Shown piece after piece: positions 9,001 to 18,333 of a stretch of DNA of 25,779 bases (its first letter is position 1; each line of letters begins with the position of its first letter). The notes below the pieces were generated by a model. That model did not search any database and had not been told where the DNA came from. It saw only the letters and a list, made by a program, of their open reading frames with translations. Both the position numbers and the translations under genes were made by a program. The stretch comes from Calditrichia bacterium (GTDB lineage Bacteria; Calditrichota; Calditrichia; RBG-13-44-9), in the NCBI GenBank assembly GCA_037381445.1, contig JARRQT010000073.1:1-25779 (forward strand), written 5' to 3'.

Positions 9001-10032
9001 TTAAAATAGATTATGACCTGACTGATGTGGACAACCGCAGGAGCCTCCGATAATCAAACTGGTAGACAACTCTTCGCGATGGGGCGTTTTCGGATCAACT
9101 TCGCCATCAATAATTTTAAAAAGATATTGAATTGCGCGAATTCCCAATTCCTGAATGGGCGCGTGAACGGTAGTTAATCTGGGAAGGAGTAATCGGCTGA
9201 GAAATATATCATCAAAACCTGCCACAGAAATATCATCGGGAATTCTGATTCCGGAAATTCTGGCAGCTTCATATATTCCAAGTGCCATCATATCATTGGC
9301 GGCAAAAATGGCATCCGGCTTTTTGTTCCGGCTCATTAACTGCCTGAAACCGTCATAGCCGGAGCGAACGGTAAAATCACCCTGAACCACCAGATCTTCA
9401 TCAAGGGCAATTCCACTGTGATCAAGAGCATCCCTGTAGCCCATAAGGCGGCCCTCCGCGTCGCAGTTTCCAGGGTATCCCTTAATCATGGCAATTCTCT
9501 CATTTTGATGCTCTATCAAATGCCGCGTGATTGCATATGCACCCTGATAATTATCAATGTTGAAGCTGACCACATCTTTGTTTTCACGGCCGACATTTAA
9601 CATCACTAGGGGGTGCTTGCTTTTGCGGATTAACTCAGCGGCTTCTTCGTGCAGATGGGGGATCATTAAAATGACACCGTCGACCCTGCCGCTGACCATA
9701 AATTCCAGAAATGTTTCGATAACATCCCGCTGACTATGAGAACTTGAAACCAGAACATATTTATTTGCCCGGTATGCTTCCTCATCTATCCCGCGAATGA
9801 TGTCCATGAAAAATTCATCTACCAGCTCAGGAAGGATAACACCGATAGTATCGGTTCTTTTACGGGATAAGCCGCGGGCGATGGGGTTAGGCTTATAATT
9901 CAGGTCCCGTGAGATTTGCAGAATCTTCTGACGGGTTTCTTCCCGTACGGGGCCATTGTTGTTTAATGCCCGGGAAACCGTGGCAATGGAAACCCCGGCC
10001 CTTTTGGCAATTTCAATAATATTTGTGCTCAA
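9001..10032 (-). CDS. LacI-family transcriptional regulator
   Basis: TTG start. The HTH reads NIIEIAKRAGVSIATVSRALN, the hinge LNYKPNPIARGL, and the sensor domain has PDAIFAANDMMALG, IPDDISVAGFDD and LTTV. Confidence 0.96.
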   Translation of the reverse strand: MSTNIIEIAKRAGVSIATVSRALNNNGPVREETRQKILQISRDLNYKPNPIARGLSRKRTDTIGVILPELVDEFFMDIIRGIDEEAYRANKYVLVSSSHSQRDVIETFLEFMVSGRVDGVILMIPHLHEEAAELIRKSKHPLVMLNVGRENKDVVSFNIDNYQGAYAITRHLIEHQNERIAMIKGYPGNCDAEGRLMGYRDALDHSGIALDEDLVVQGDFTVRSGYDGFRQLMSRNKKPDAIFAANDMMALGIYEAARISGIRIPDDISVAGFDDIFLSRLLLPRLTTVHAPIQELGIRAIQYLFKIIDGEVDPKTPHREELSTSLIIGGSCGCPHQSGHNLF

Positions 10033-10107
10033 TGGTCTCTTGGTAAAAAATTATCGATCGGTTTTTCCTCTTATCTATATATTTACATAATATACATCAA
10101 TTTGCAG

Positions 10108-10125
10108 AATGTAAACGCTTACATT
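10108..10125. promoter_or_regulatory. LacI-family operator
   Basis: AATGTAAACGCTTACATT is an 18-bp near-perfect palindrome with a central CG. It fits TGnAAnCGnTTnCA and sits just downstream of the -10 box of the lacI promoter. Confidence 0.8.
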
Positions 10126-10132
10126 ACATTAT

Positions 10133-10161
10133 ATATTAATTTTATTTCCTGAATTTGTCAA
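10133..10161 (-). promoter_or_regulatory. Sigma70-type promoter for the lacI-CBM-TBDR-giant protein-porV unit
   Basis: Minus strand: TTGACA (10161-10156), 17-nt spacer, TAATAT (10138-10133). Confidence 0.65.
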
Positions 10162-10219
10162 GAGGAAATCTTGTGAAATTTAATTTTTACAACAGCTTAT
10201 TTTTTCCCGCAAAAATGTT

Positions 10220-12391
10220 CTAATTTTCATCTGGGGTGAAGCCGATTTTCTTGAGCATTTCCTGAATTTCAGGATTGGCCATGAACAGCTTCCAGATAAG
10301 GCCGGATCGATAATTTTCAATCATCACCGTTATCGTGGCCTGGTTCAACCCCATGTAAATGTCCGCCACCCAGTTTTGAGAAAGATTGAAGGCGTCCCGG
10401 AAACCATAGATTCCCCACAGCCTATCGCCCAGATCATAATAAAAATGTTTGAGCGCTTTCATGGATGCATCGGGGGTGTAGGGAAAAGATGCGAGTGCGC
10501 CGGTGGGCGTGATTGTTCCGTTATCCATCCGCAGCACGGGTTCATGTGCCTTGTATCCCCAGGGATCATCGCTGGCGGTAAGCCCCCAGCAATTTTCCCC
10601 GTAACCAACATAATTACCGGGATTTTCCATACAATAAAGCTGGTTAATGCGGGCAATTCGGCGATTATTTCTGAAATAGTTCGTGAAACGGTCCTTCCTT
10701 CCGCGCGGATCAAATCCCATGAACGAATAATGAGTGAAGAACAGCGGTCCGCCGCTGCCCACGCCGACATCCAGTTCTATGCCGTAATATGTATTGCCGT
10801 TGGCGTAGTGATCGCCATCCTGTGTTTTGCCCCAGTTGCGCCGGTACTGCACGGCCCTGTCGGACTGCCCTGCCCAGCCAGAATAATACAGGTCCGCGGG
10901 AACCGGGTGAGTGGGAGAAGCAATGGCCAGCAGATACACAATCATGGTTTCGTTCCAGCCCACCAGGGGATGATTGATGTGCCATTCATAATCCGGCGAC
11001 CAGTGCCAGAAAAGGAAATCACTGTCCGGTGCACGCCGGTACCAATCCCATTCCACGGATTCCCACAAGCGGGAGATGCCGTCCCGGATTTCCTGTTCTT
11101 CTTTGGTTGGGCTGCGGAAATATTGCCTGGCAGCCAGCAGACCCTGCATCAGAAATGCCGTTTCAACCAGGTCGCCGCCATTGTCATACTTGCTGAATAA
11201 CGGTATAACCCTGCCGGTGCTGCCGTCCAGAAAATGCGGCCAGGCGCCGTGAAACCGGTCCGCTTTTTCCAGGAAACGGACAATTTTCAGCATCCGGGCG
11301 GTCCCCTGCCGGCGGGAGATAAAGCCGCGCTCCGTGCCGGCGATGATGGCCATGATGCCAAAACCGGAAGCCCCCACGGCCACCAGATTTTCATCGCCAG
11401 GAATATTTTCCAGGGCCAGCCCCGCTACCGGGTGCGCCGATTCCCAGTAGTAGCGAAAACAGGCTTCCTGAACCATGGTCAGGAGCTCTTCATCCGTCAT
11501 GGGATGGGTGGCCGCGGCGGCCGGCTCCGACAGCGCCGATTCGTTGTAGTTCACATCAACCGCGTTGATCCTGTAATAAACCTTCCGGTTTGATTCCCCG
11601 ATAAAGTCCGCGTAGCGCAGGAATTCGGCTTTCTGAATGCCAACCGCAGCGAAATTTTTACCGTCAAAGGAACGGTAAATTTTGTAGAATTGCAGACCCG
11701 CTTGCGGATGTTCATCCCAGGTCAAATCCACATGCCGGTCCCAGGATTTGGCAGAAAGGCCGGTTGGAACTGCCGGTGATTTTTTATTCATAGGCGTGCC
11801 ATCGCAAATCTTGATTTCATCAACATAGAGGATGTGCTCCTTCCCGTCCGGAATCCCCTGTGAAAAACGGATGATTTTTATTCGGTGCAGATCAGGCTTT
11901 TTCCCCCTGCCGAATAACCGCAGCGGAATTTTTATCTGCCTCCATCGGCCGGGTACCAACGCGCTGACAATATCTCCCAAACGCACGGTAGCAGATGCCT
12001 GCCCCTTTAAATCTTCAACGGAAAGATCAGGCAATTCGCTCCCGTGGATTCCTTCTACCGATTGCAGCCAGAGGGAAAGTGTATCGCCTTCAAAATGAAT
12101 ATCCCGGTTTCTCCATTTCCCGATTTTGATTTCGGCCAGCCAGTCCCCACCCTTCTTGCTCATCCACTGTAATTTCAAGGAATTGGGCGGCGTGAAAAAA
12201 TATTTCTCCTCGACCGGAATTTTCCCGTCCCTCATCAGCACAAACCCGGCGGAAGTGTATTCGCCGCGGGAATAGTAGTAGGTACTGTCCGTGAGGCTGT
12301 TATCGAAAAAAACATGCTGATTGTAATCTGATTGGGCAATGAGCAAACCGGTTGTTATCAAAATCGGGAAAAAGAAGGCGTTCAGTTTCAT
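10220..12391 (-). CDS. GH144-like endo-beta-1,2-glucanase (glycoamylase family) with N-terminal CBM-like and Fn3 domains
   Basis: 723 aa with a signal peptide. Motifs include [76 protein letters not shown] and [11 protein letters not shown]. The Fn3 segment reads [20 protein letters not shown]...YYRINAVD. Confidence 0.85.
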   Translation of the reverse strand: MKLNAFFFPILITTGLLIAQSDYNQHVFFDNSLTDSTYYYSRGEYTSAGFVLMRDGKIPVEEKYFFTPPNSLKLQWMSKKGGDWLAEIKIGKWRNRDIHFEGDTLSLWLQSVEGIHGSELPDLSVEDLKGQASATVRLGDIVSALVPGRWRQIKIPLRLFGRGKKPDLHRIKIIRFSQGIPDGKEHILYVDEIKICDGTPMNKKSPAVPTGLSAKSWDRHVDLTWDEHPQAGLQFYKIYRSFDGKNFAAVGIQKAEFLRYADFIGESNRKVYYRINAVDVNYNESALSEPAAAATHPMTDEELLTMVQEACFRYYWESAHPVAGLALENIPGDENLVAVGASGFGIMAIIAGTERGFISRRQGTARMLKIVRFLEKADRFHGAWPHFLDGSTGRVIPLFSKYDNGGDLVETAFLMQGLLAARQYFRSPTKEEQEIRDGISRLWESVEWDWYRRAPDSDFLFWHWSPDYEWHINHPLVGWNETMIVYLLAIASPTHPVPADLYYSGWAGQSDRAVQYRRNWGKTQDGDHYANGNTYYGIELDVGVGSGGPLFFTHYSFMGFDPRGRKDRFTNYFRNNRRIARINQLYCMENPGNYVGYGENCWGLTASDDPWGYKAHEPVLRMDNGTITPTGALASFPYTPDASMKALKHFYYDLGDRLWGIYGFRDAFNLSQNWVADIYMGLNQATITVMIENYRSGLIWKLFMANPEIQEMLKKIGFTPDEN

Positions 12392-12412
12392 GGGGCATGC
12401 TCCTTCCGCAAA

Positions 12413-14632
12413 TTACTCGACAAGCTCAAAGGGTGCGCTGATACCCTCTTCCGAATTTCCCCCCACCATGACATCAAACAGACCGGGTTCAGTAATCTTT
12501 CTCATATTGATATCATAAAAAGAGAGCATCTCCGGGGAAATGGTGAATTCGATGCGGCGCGTCTCCCCGGGTTTCAGATCCACTTTCCGGAATCCTTTCA
12601 ATTCTTTGACCGGCCGCGTGACGCTCGCTACGCGGTCACACAGGTAAAGCTGGACGATTTCCAAACCCGCAATCTTGCCGGAATTCGTAACATCAACGGA
12701 AACCATGATATTCTCACCCAGGCGGGCCTGCGGCGGGTTTATTTTCAGGTTCGAACAGACAAAGCGGGTGTAGCTGAGGCCGTACCCGAAGGGGTAAAGC
12801 GGCGTAACGGGAGCATCAATATATTTTGTGGTGAATTTGTTATGCGGGTCGAACGGGCGGCCGGTGGATTTATAGGAATAATAAATAGGAATTTGCCCCA
12901 CCGACCTGGGGAAAGTGACCGGCAGTTTGCCGGAGGGATTGTAATCGCCAAACAGGACGTCCGCCGCCGCATTGCCCGCCTGATCGCCCAAAAACCAGGC
13001 GTCGACGACAGCGGGAATGTTTTCCGCAATCCGGCCAATCGTCAATGGTCGTCCGTTTATTAATACCACCACGACCGGCGTTCCCGTCGCATGTATCCTT
13101 TCCACCAGTTGCTGCTGCACACCCGGCAAATCCAGCGACGCGCGGCTGGCTGCTTCCCCGCTCATGGACTTGGACTCGCCCACTACCAATACGACCGCAT
13201 CCGCCTCCCTGGCCGCACGAACGGCTTGGTCGAATCCGGAAGTGTCTTCTCCCGTGATCCCGCAGCCTTTCGCATACTCCACTTTTGTCCCCGGCGAGAC
13301 TCTCCCCCGGATTCCTTCCAGGATAGTAACCACATTAGCGATAATCGGCTCACAGGTCCAGGTGCCCAGCATCTCGTCCCGGTTGTCCGCCAGCGGGCCG
13401 ATAACGGCAATGGATTTTACATCCCTCCTGAGCGGAAGAAGACTGTTTTCGTTTTTGAGGAGGACAATCGATTCCCGGGCCAGCTGGAGCGCCACCTTCT
13501 GCTTTTCAGCATCCGGCAGCGTATCATTCCATGCATATTCAGCGATGGAATAAGGATGACGGAACAGACCCAGGCGGTACTTGATCCGCAATACCCTGCG
13601 GACCGCCTCATTAATAATTTCTTCGGAAATTCGGCCCGGCCTGACCAGCGTTTCGAGATTGGGAGAATAGATATTTCCAGCAAGGGTGTCCCCCACCATA
13701 TCCATATCAACGCCGGCCCGGATCGCTTCCAGTGCGGCCTGCGCCTTGTCACCCGCCACACGATGATGAATCAATTCACCGATGGAATTATAATCGCTTA
13801 CAACAAACCCCTCAAATCCCCATTCATTGCGAAGGATTTGGGTCAGCGTGAAATAATTACAGGACGCCGGAACGCCGTTTAAATCATTGAAGGCGCTCAT
13901 CATGGTGGCGGCCCCGGCATTCACGGCCGCGTGAAACGGCGGCAGGTAGACCTCACGCAGCGTCCGTTCGGAAATGTCCACGGTATTGTAATCCTTGCCG
14001 GCAATCGCCGCCCCGTAGGCGACATAGTGTTTGGTGCAGGCCGCAATACCTCCTTCGCTCGTCATATTCCCGCCCTGAAAGCCTTCGACGCTGGCTTCCG
14101 CCATTCTGCCGCCCAGAAAGGGATCTTCACCAAATCCCTCCGCGATTCTCCCCCAGCGGGGATCCCTGGCAATATCCACCATGGGGGCGAACGTCCAGCG
14201 GGTGCCGTTTTCAGCCGCCTCGTATGCGGCAATGCGGCAGGCCTTCTTCAGCAGTTCAGGATTCCAGCTCGCCGCCGTGGCCAGCGGAATGGGAAAAGTG
14301 GTTTGATAGCCGTGAATGACATCGTTCCCGATGATGAGGGGAATTCCCAGCCGGGTTTCTTCCACCGCGATTTTCTGCAGTCGGTTAATCTCCTCCCGGT
14401 TGCGGATGTTCAGAAAAGAGCCGATACCGCCATCTCTCAATAGCTTCTCGCCATCCGGATTGGAGCCGTTCCACTGCACCAGTTGGCCGATTTTTTCCGG
14501 CAGCGTCATTCCGGAGATCAGGCTGTCCAGAAATTTTTCTTCAGCGGATGACTGAGGCAACGCCGGGGCTTGAAGCAAAATCATCAGAAAAAATGGAAGA
14601 ACTGTGGCAAATCGCTTTCGCACTTGTTTCAT
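12413..14632 (-). CDS. bglX: GH3 beta-glucosidase, BglX-like, exported
   Basis: Motifs are DVIHG, APMVDIARDPRWGRIAEGFGED, KHY, the nucleophile segment GFVVSDY, VVGESKSMSGEAASR and YPFGYGLSYT, with a C-terminal Fn3-like domain. The start was placed at MKQVRK (AGGA upstream, signal peptide follows); the ORF is open to 14671. Confidence 0.92.
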   Translation of the reverse strand: MKQVRKRFATVLPFFLMILLQAPALPQSSAEEKFLDSLISGMTLPEKIGQLVQWNGSNPDGEKLLRDGGIGSFLNIRNREEINRLQKIAVEETRLGIPLIIGNDVIHGYQTTFPIPLATAASWNPELLKKACRIAAYEAAENGTRWTFAPMVDIARDPRWGRIAEGFGEDPFLGGRMAEASVEGFQGGNMTSEGGIAACTKHYVAYGAAIAGKDYNTVDISERTLREVYLPPFHAAVNAGAATMMSAFNDLNGVPASCNYFTLTQILRNEWGFEGFVVSDYNSIGELIHHRVAGDKAQAALEAIRAGVDMDMVGDTLAGNIYSPNLETLVRPGRISEEIINEAVRRVLRIKYRLGLFRHPYSIAEYAWNDTLPDAEKQKVALQLARESIVLLKNENSLLPLRRDVKSIAVIGPLADNRDEMLGTWTCEPIIANVVTILEGIRGRVSPGTKVEYAKGCGITGEDTSGFDQAVRAAREADAVVLVVGESKSMSGEAASRASLDLPGVQQQLVERIHATGTPVVVVLINGRPLTIGRIAENIPAVVDAWFLGDQAGNAAADVLFGDYNPSGKLPVTFPRSVGQIPIYYSYKSTGRPFDPHNKFTTKYIDAPVTPLYPFGYGLSYTRFVCSNLKINPPQARLGENIMVSVDVTNSGKIAGLEIVQLYLCDRVASVTRPVKELKGFRKVDLKPGETRRIEFTISPEMLSFYDINMRKITEPGLFDVMVGGNSEEGISAPFELVE

Positions 14633-14680
14633 GGAATCCATCCTGTTTTTCAATTTCCCGATAAAGAACAATTTACGGTA

Positions 14681-15493
14681 CTACCCTTTTACACTCCCCA
14701 TCATGATTCCCCTGATATAATATTTCTGCAGTGCCAGGAATACCACCAGCACCGGTATGATGGTAATCACCGAACCGGCCATCATGAGCTCGGGATCTTT
14801 GGTGTGCTCCCCCATCAGGTTGGCCAGCGCCACCGGCAGGGTGTACATGGAATCATCGGTCAGCGAAATGAGCGGCCAGAGGAAATCGTTCCAGGTCCCC
14901 ATAAAAGTAAAAATGGCCAGCGTAATCAGGATGGGCATGCACAGGGGCAGGATGATGGTGCGGTAAATCCTGAAATCGGAGGCGCCGTCAATGCGGGCCG
15001 CTTCAATCAGGCTGTCCGGTATGGAAAGCGCATACTGCCGAATCAGGAATATTCCAAAAATATTCGCCAGTCCGGGAATAATGATGGCAAAATAGGTATT
15101 GATAAATCCCATGGATTTCAGCATTAAAAAAAGCGGGAGCATGGTAACCTGGGCGGGAATGATCATGGAGCTCAGCAAGAGGTTGAAGATTTGATTCTTC
15201 CCTTTGAAGCGGTATTTGGCGAAGGCATAACCGGCCATGGAATTGAAGAATATTGAAACGAGCGTCACCGTCACCGCCAGAAAAAGGCTGTTGAAAAAAT
15301 TGCGGGCCACGCTCAGGCGCAGAAACAGGTGATGATACTGCTCCAGCGTAAAGATGTCCGGCAGAAAGCGGGGCGGATAGACGCTGGCATGCCCGTCGCC
15401 CATGAATGAAGCCGAAAGCATCCAGATAAAAGGGGCCAGCGTAACCAGGCCGCTGATAATCAGAAAAATGTGCAAATAAGTCTTTTTGAACAT
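14681..15493 (-). CDS. Carbohydrate ABC transporter permease (MalG-like)
   Basis: Multiple transmembrane segments, AGYAFAK, the EAA motif IPDSLIEAARIDGAS, and WNDFLWPL. Confidence 0.95.
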   Translation of the reverse strand: MFKKTYLHIFLIISGLVTLAPFIWMLSASFMGDGHASVYPPRFLPDIFTLEQYHHLFLRLSVARNFFNSLFLAVTVTLVSIFFNSMAGYAFAKYRFKGKNQIFNLLLSSMIIPAQVTMLPLFLMLKSMGFINTYFAIIIPGLANIFGIFLIRQYALSIPDSLIEAARIDGASDFRIYRTIILPLCMPILITLAIFTFMGTWNDFLWPLISLTDDSMYTLPVALANLMGEHTKDPELMMAGSVITIIPVLVVFLALQKYYIRGIMMGSVKG

Positions 15494-16446
15494 TATGTCA
15501 CTTCCGAGAATTTCTGCAATTTAAATTGAATCAGTGTCCCCGCAAAAATGATAAAAAACAGCACAAAGGCAATGGCGGCGGAATATCCCATGTTCCACCA
15601 GCGGAACCCCTCCTGGTACATATACTGCACGATGCTCAGGGTGCGGTTCAGCGGACCGCCCTGGGTCATGATGTACGGTTCGGCAAAGAGCTGGAAAAAT
15701 CCGATCATGGTGATGATGCTGACGAAAAGCGTGGTAGGCGCCAGCATGGGAAGGGTGATATGTTTGAATTTCTGCCAGCCATTCGCCCCTTCCACCACTG
15801 CCGCTTCGTACAAATATTCGGGAATATTCTGCAGGCCGGCGATGAAAATGATCATATTGTAGCCGAAATTCTTCCAGACCGCCATGAGAATAATTGCCGG
15901 CATCGCCCAGTTCGGATTCCCCAGCCAGTCAATGGGATTGATTCCCGCAAAACCCAGCGCATAATTGAGCAGGCCGAAGCGCGGATGGTAAATGAATCGC
16001 CAGACAATGGCCACCGCCACCAGGGTGGTCACCACCGGAATAAAATAGGTCAGCCGGAAGAGCGCCTTGAATTTTACCAGGCGTGAATTCAGCAGCATGG
16101 CGGCCCCCAGCGAAACGGCGATGGACAGCGGGCCGGCGGCAACGACAAAATAGAAAGTATTTTTCAGCGCCTGCCAGAACAGCGGGTCCTGAAACAGGTT
16201 CAGGTAATTTCTCAGTCCGATGAAGCGGGCGTTGGAAAAATTGCCCAGCGAGTAGATGTCAAAATCGGTGAAACTGATGAGAAAGGCCGCCAGAACCGGG
16301 ATAAAAAAGAACAGGAAGATGGCGGTCAGTGCCGGCGCCAGAAAAAAATAGGCGGCCGGAATGCCGGCCCTCCAGCGGGAAGCCGCCAGCCAGGCGGCCT
16401 GCGATTTCGGCAATTTTTGGGTTACTGTTTCCTGCTCAACAGCCAT
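15493..16446 (-). CDS. Carbohydrate ABC transporter permease (MalF-like)
   Basis: FIGLRNY, FWQALKNT, the EAA motif IPEYLYEAAVVEGAN, and MTQGGP. There is a TAATG stop/start overlap with the next permease. Confidence 0.95.
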   Translation of the reverse strand: MAVEQETVTQKLPKSQAAWLAASRWRAGIPAAYFFLAPALTAIFLFFFIPVLAAFLISFTDFDIYSLGNFSNARFIGLRNYLNLFQDPLFWQALKNTFYFVVAAGPLSIAVSLGAAMLLNSRLVKFKALFRLTYFIPVVTTLVAVAIVWRFIYHPRFGLLNYALGFAGINPIDWLGNPNWAMPAIILMAVWKNFGYNMIIFIAGLQNIPEYLYEAAVVEGANGWQKFKHITLPMLAPTTLFVSIITMIGFFQLFAEPYIMTQGGPLNRTLSIVQYMYQEGFRWWNMGYSAAIAFVLFFIIFAGTLIQFKLQKFSEVT

Positions 16447-17726
16447 CTTCGCTTCTCAAGGATTTTATTGACATCTTCATCCAGGGCCTTCAGTGCCTGG
16501 TCCGGCGTCATCGCCCCGCGGGCGGCCATCTCCGCATACTGCTGGATTTTTGAAAACGCAATCTGTTCCCATTCGGTAATTTTGGGCGTAGCCGCCACAT
16601 GCTGGAATTGCTCATAGAAAGCCTTCATATACGGATCGTTTTGCAGGGAGGAATCCTGCCAGGCGGATTTGACGGCCGGCAGATCAGTTACCAGATGATA
16701 GAATCTGAGCTGGACCCGCGGCCGGGACAGATATTCACAGAACTGCCAGGCGGCATCCTTATTTCGTGATTTTTCCGATATGACCAGGCTCGATCCCCCG
16801 GCCAGCGAAACGCCGGGTGTTCCGGCGTCCGGTCCGGGAAGCGGCGCGGTCATCCAATTGTCCGCCAGATCGCCGGTCATCCATTTTTTGAATTCCCGCA
16901 CATTCCAGGGACCGGAGATATACATGGAAAAATATTCATCGGCAAAGGCCTGATATACATTGGTGACCTGCGAAATCCCGATCGGCGCCAGTTTTTCTTT
17001 GTGAAAGCGGATGAGAAATTCGAAGGCGCGCCTGAAACTTTCCCCGCTGAAATTTCCGTAGGAATTGTTGTCCTTCAGCAGGGTGGAATGCGCCTGCAGT
17101 CCAAATATGACAAAGGGCGCCCATTCGTTGGTGGGAAGATAAATTGCGTATTTCTCCTGTCCCTTGAACATCTCCTTGATTCGTTTGGACGCCTGGTAAA
17201 GCTCCTCCCAGGTTTGGGGCGGCGAGTTGAAACCGGCCTTTCGCAGCACATCCGTCCGGTAAAACAGGACCCGGGTATCGATATACCAGGGGATGCCGTA
17301 TACCGCGCCGTCGATGATGTTGGTGTCCCAGATGCCCGGAAAATAGTTGTCCTCACCAATGATTTTGGAGCTTTTGATCCGTTCATCCAGCTCTCCGATG
17401 GCGCCAAGCGCCACAAATTGCGGCACCCAGGTATTGCCCAGTTGGAAGACGTCCGGCAGATTATCGCTGGCATAGGCGGTAATCAGCTTTTCCTGGGCCG
17501 CCGTCCAGGGAATCATCTGGACTTTCACGGTTATACCCGGGTGGCTTTTTTCAAAATCCGGAATCAGCGCTTTAATCTGCTCGCCCTCGGCCCCCATTCC
17601 CCAGAACAGAATCTCCTGGCGGTCCTGTTTCCCGGCGGTACAGGAAAGGAAAAGCAGCAGAATCACCATATGTATTATGATTCCAAATATTCTCAAACAG
17701 CAATCGGGGAAATGTTTTTGTAACAT
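16422..17726 (-). CDS. Sugar ABC transporter solute-binding lipoprotein
   Basis: A hydrophobic stretch ends in the lipobox FLSC. Motifs include FEKSHPGITVKVQ, PDVFQLGNTW, YGIPWYIDTRVLFYRTD and GGSSLVI. The true start may lie slightly downstream. Confidence 0.93.
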   Translation of the reverse strand: MLQKHFPDCCLRIFGIIIHMVILLLFLSCTAGKQDRQEILFWGMGAEGEQIKALIPDFEKSHPGITVKVQMIPWTAAQEKLITAYASDNLPDVFQLGNTWVPQFVALGAIGELDERIKSSKIIGEDNYFPGIWDTNIIDGAVYGIPWYIDTRVLFYRTDVLRKAGFNSPPQTWEELYQASKRIKEMFKGQEKYAIYLPTNEWAPFVIFGLQAHSTLLKDNNSYGNFSGESFRRAFEFLIRFHKEKLAPIGISQVTNVYQAFADEYFSMYISGPWNVREFKKWMTGDLADNWMTAPLPGPDAGTPGVSLAGGSSLVISEKSRNKDAAWQFCEYLSRPRVQLRFYHLVTDLPAVKSAWQDSSLQNDPYMKAFYEQFQHVAATPKITEWEQIAFSKIQQYAEMAARGAMTPDQALKALDEDVNKILEKRRWLLSRKQ

Positions 17727-17785
17727 TTATGTCATTCGCTGTTATAAATTTTGACAATGGCTGATTCTTAAAAACCTGGTTTCAC

Positions 17786-17814
17786 AATTTAGAACGATTT
17801 ATGATAACTGTCAA
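17786..17814 (-). promoter_or_regulatory. Sigma70-type promoter for the ABC-GH3-GH144 operon
   Basis: Minus strand: TTGACA (17814-17809), 17-nt spacer, TAAATT (17791-17786), about 60 nt upstream of the ORF. Confidence 0.55.
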
Positions 17815-17942
17815 GTGAATTGGGGTAGTCACTCCTGAAAACTGCTTTTGTAGTCATTTACACGAAATCCGGATTTCTATTACTGAACCCGCGCTGCCAG
17901 ATATTACTTTGTTCTGCTTTCGGGCGGCACGGTCTCCGGCGT

Positions 17943-17984
17943 CCCTGCGCTTTGCGCCTTGCTCCATGCACCATGCGCTATTCC
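17943..17984 (+). repeat. Degenerate tandem heptamer array (consensus CYWTGCG)
   Basis: CCCTGCG CTTTGCG CCTTGCT CCATGCA CCATGCG CTATTCC. Confidence 0.75.
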
Positions 17985-18009
17985 TTTGTGAAAATATTGA
18001 TTTATTCTG

Positions 18010-18038
18010 TTGATTTGCCGCTGCCGGATAAATAAATT
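18010..18038 (+). promoter_or_regulatory. Possible sigma70-type promoter for the DUF3160 gene
   Basis: TTGATT, 17-nt spacer, TAAATT. The region is AT-rich, so a chance match is possible. Confidence 0.3.
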
Positions 18039-18333
18039 TACATCAGCATAGAGATTATTTGCCACTGGAACGGGAAATAAGTGCGCTCACTTCTGACAGA
18101 AAATTCGATTTAGGCTTTGCAGATTTTAAACAGATTACTGCAACAACTGTTTTTTCCAAACGACTTTTTTTGGGCGGCTGCGCACAAAGGCATCCGGAAA
18201 AATGTGCATCACTTTAAATTGCCCCGGCTCGAGGGTAAACGGACGTTTAATTAAAGCGGCGGTTGAACATCAACGAGCAAAGCAGCTTCAATAGACACAA
18301 AAAACAAATTAAGTAAATTAGCGAGGCTTCATC

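Noticed and set aside
10171..10192. CRP/FNR site (TGTGA...TTACA)
   Set aside because: The half-site spacing is 10 nt rather than 6, in AT-rich sequence.
10376..17723. Long plus-strand ORFs (e.g. 10376-11200, 12332-13063, 13091-13882, 17001-17723)
   Set aside because: They lie antisense to well-supported genes and have no recognisable domains.
18061..18077. Cobalamin riboswitch (GCCACTG...GGGAA)
   Set aside because: Only a B12-box-like fragment is present; the upstream conserved elements and helices are missing.
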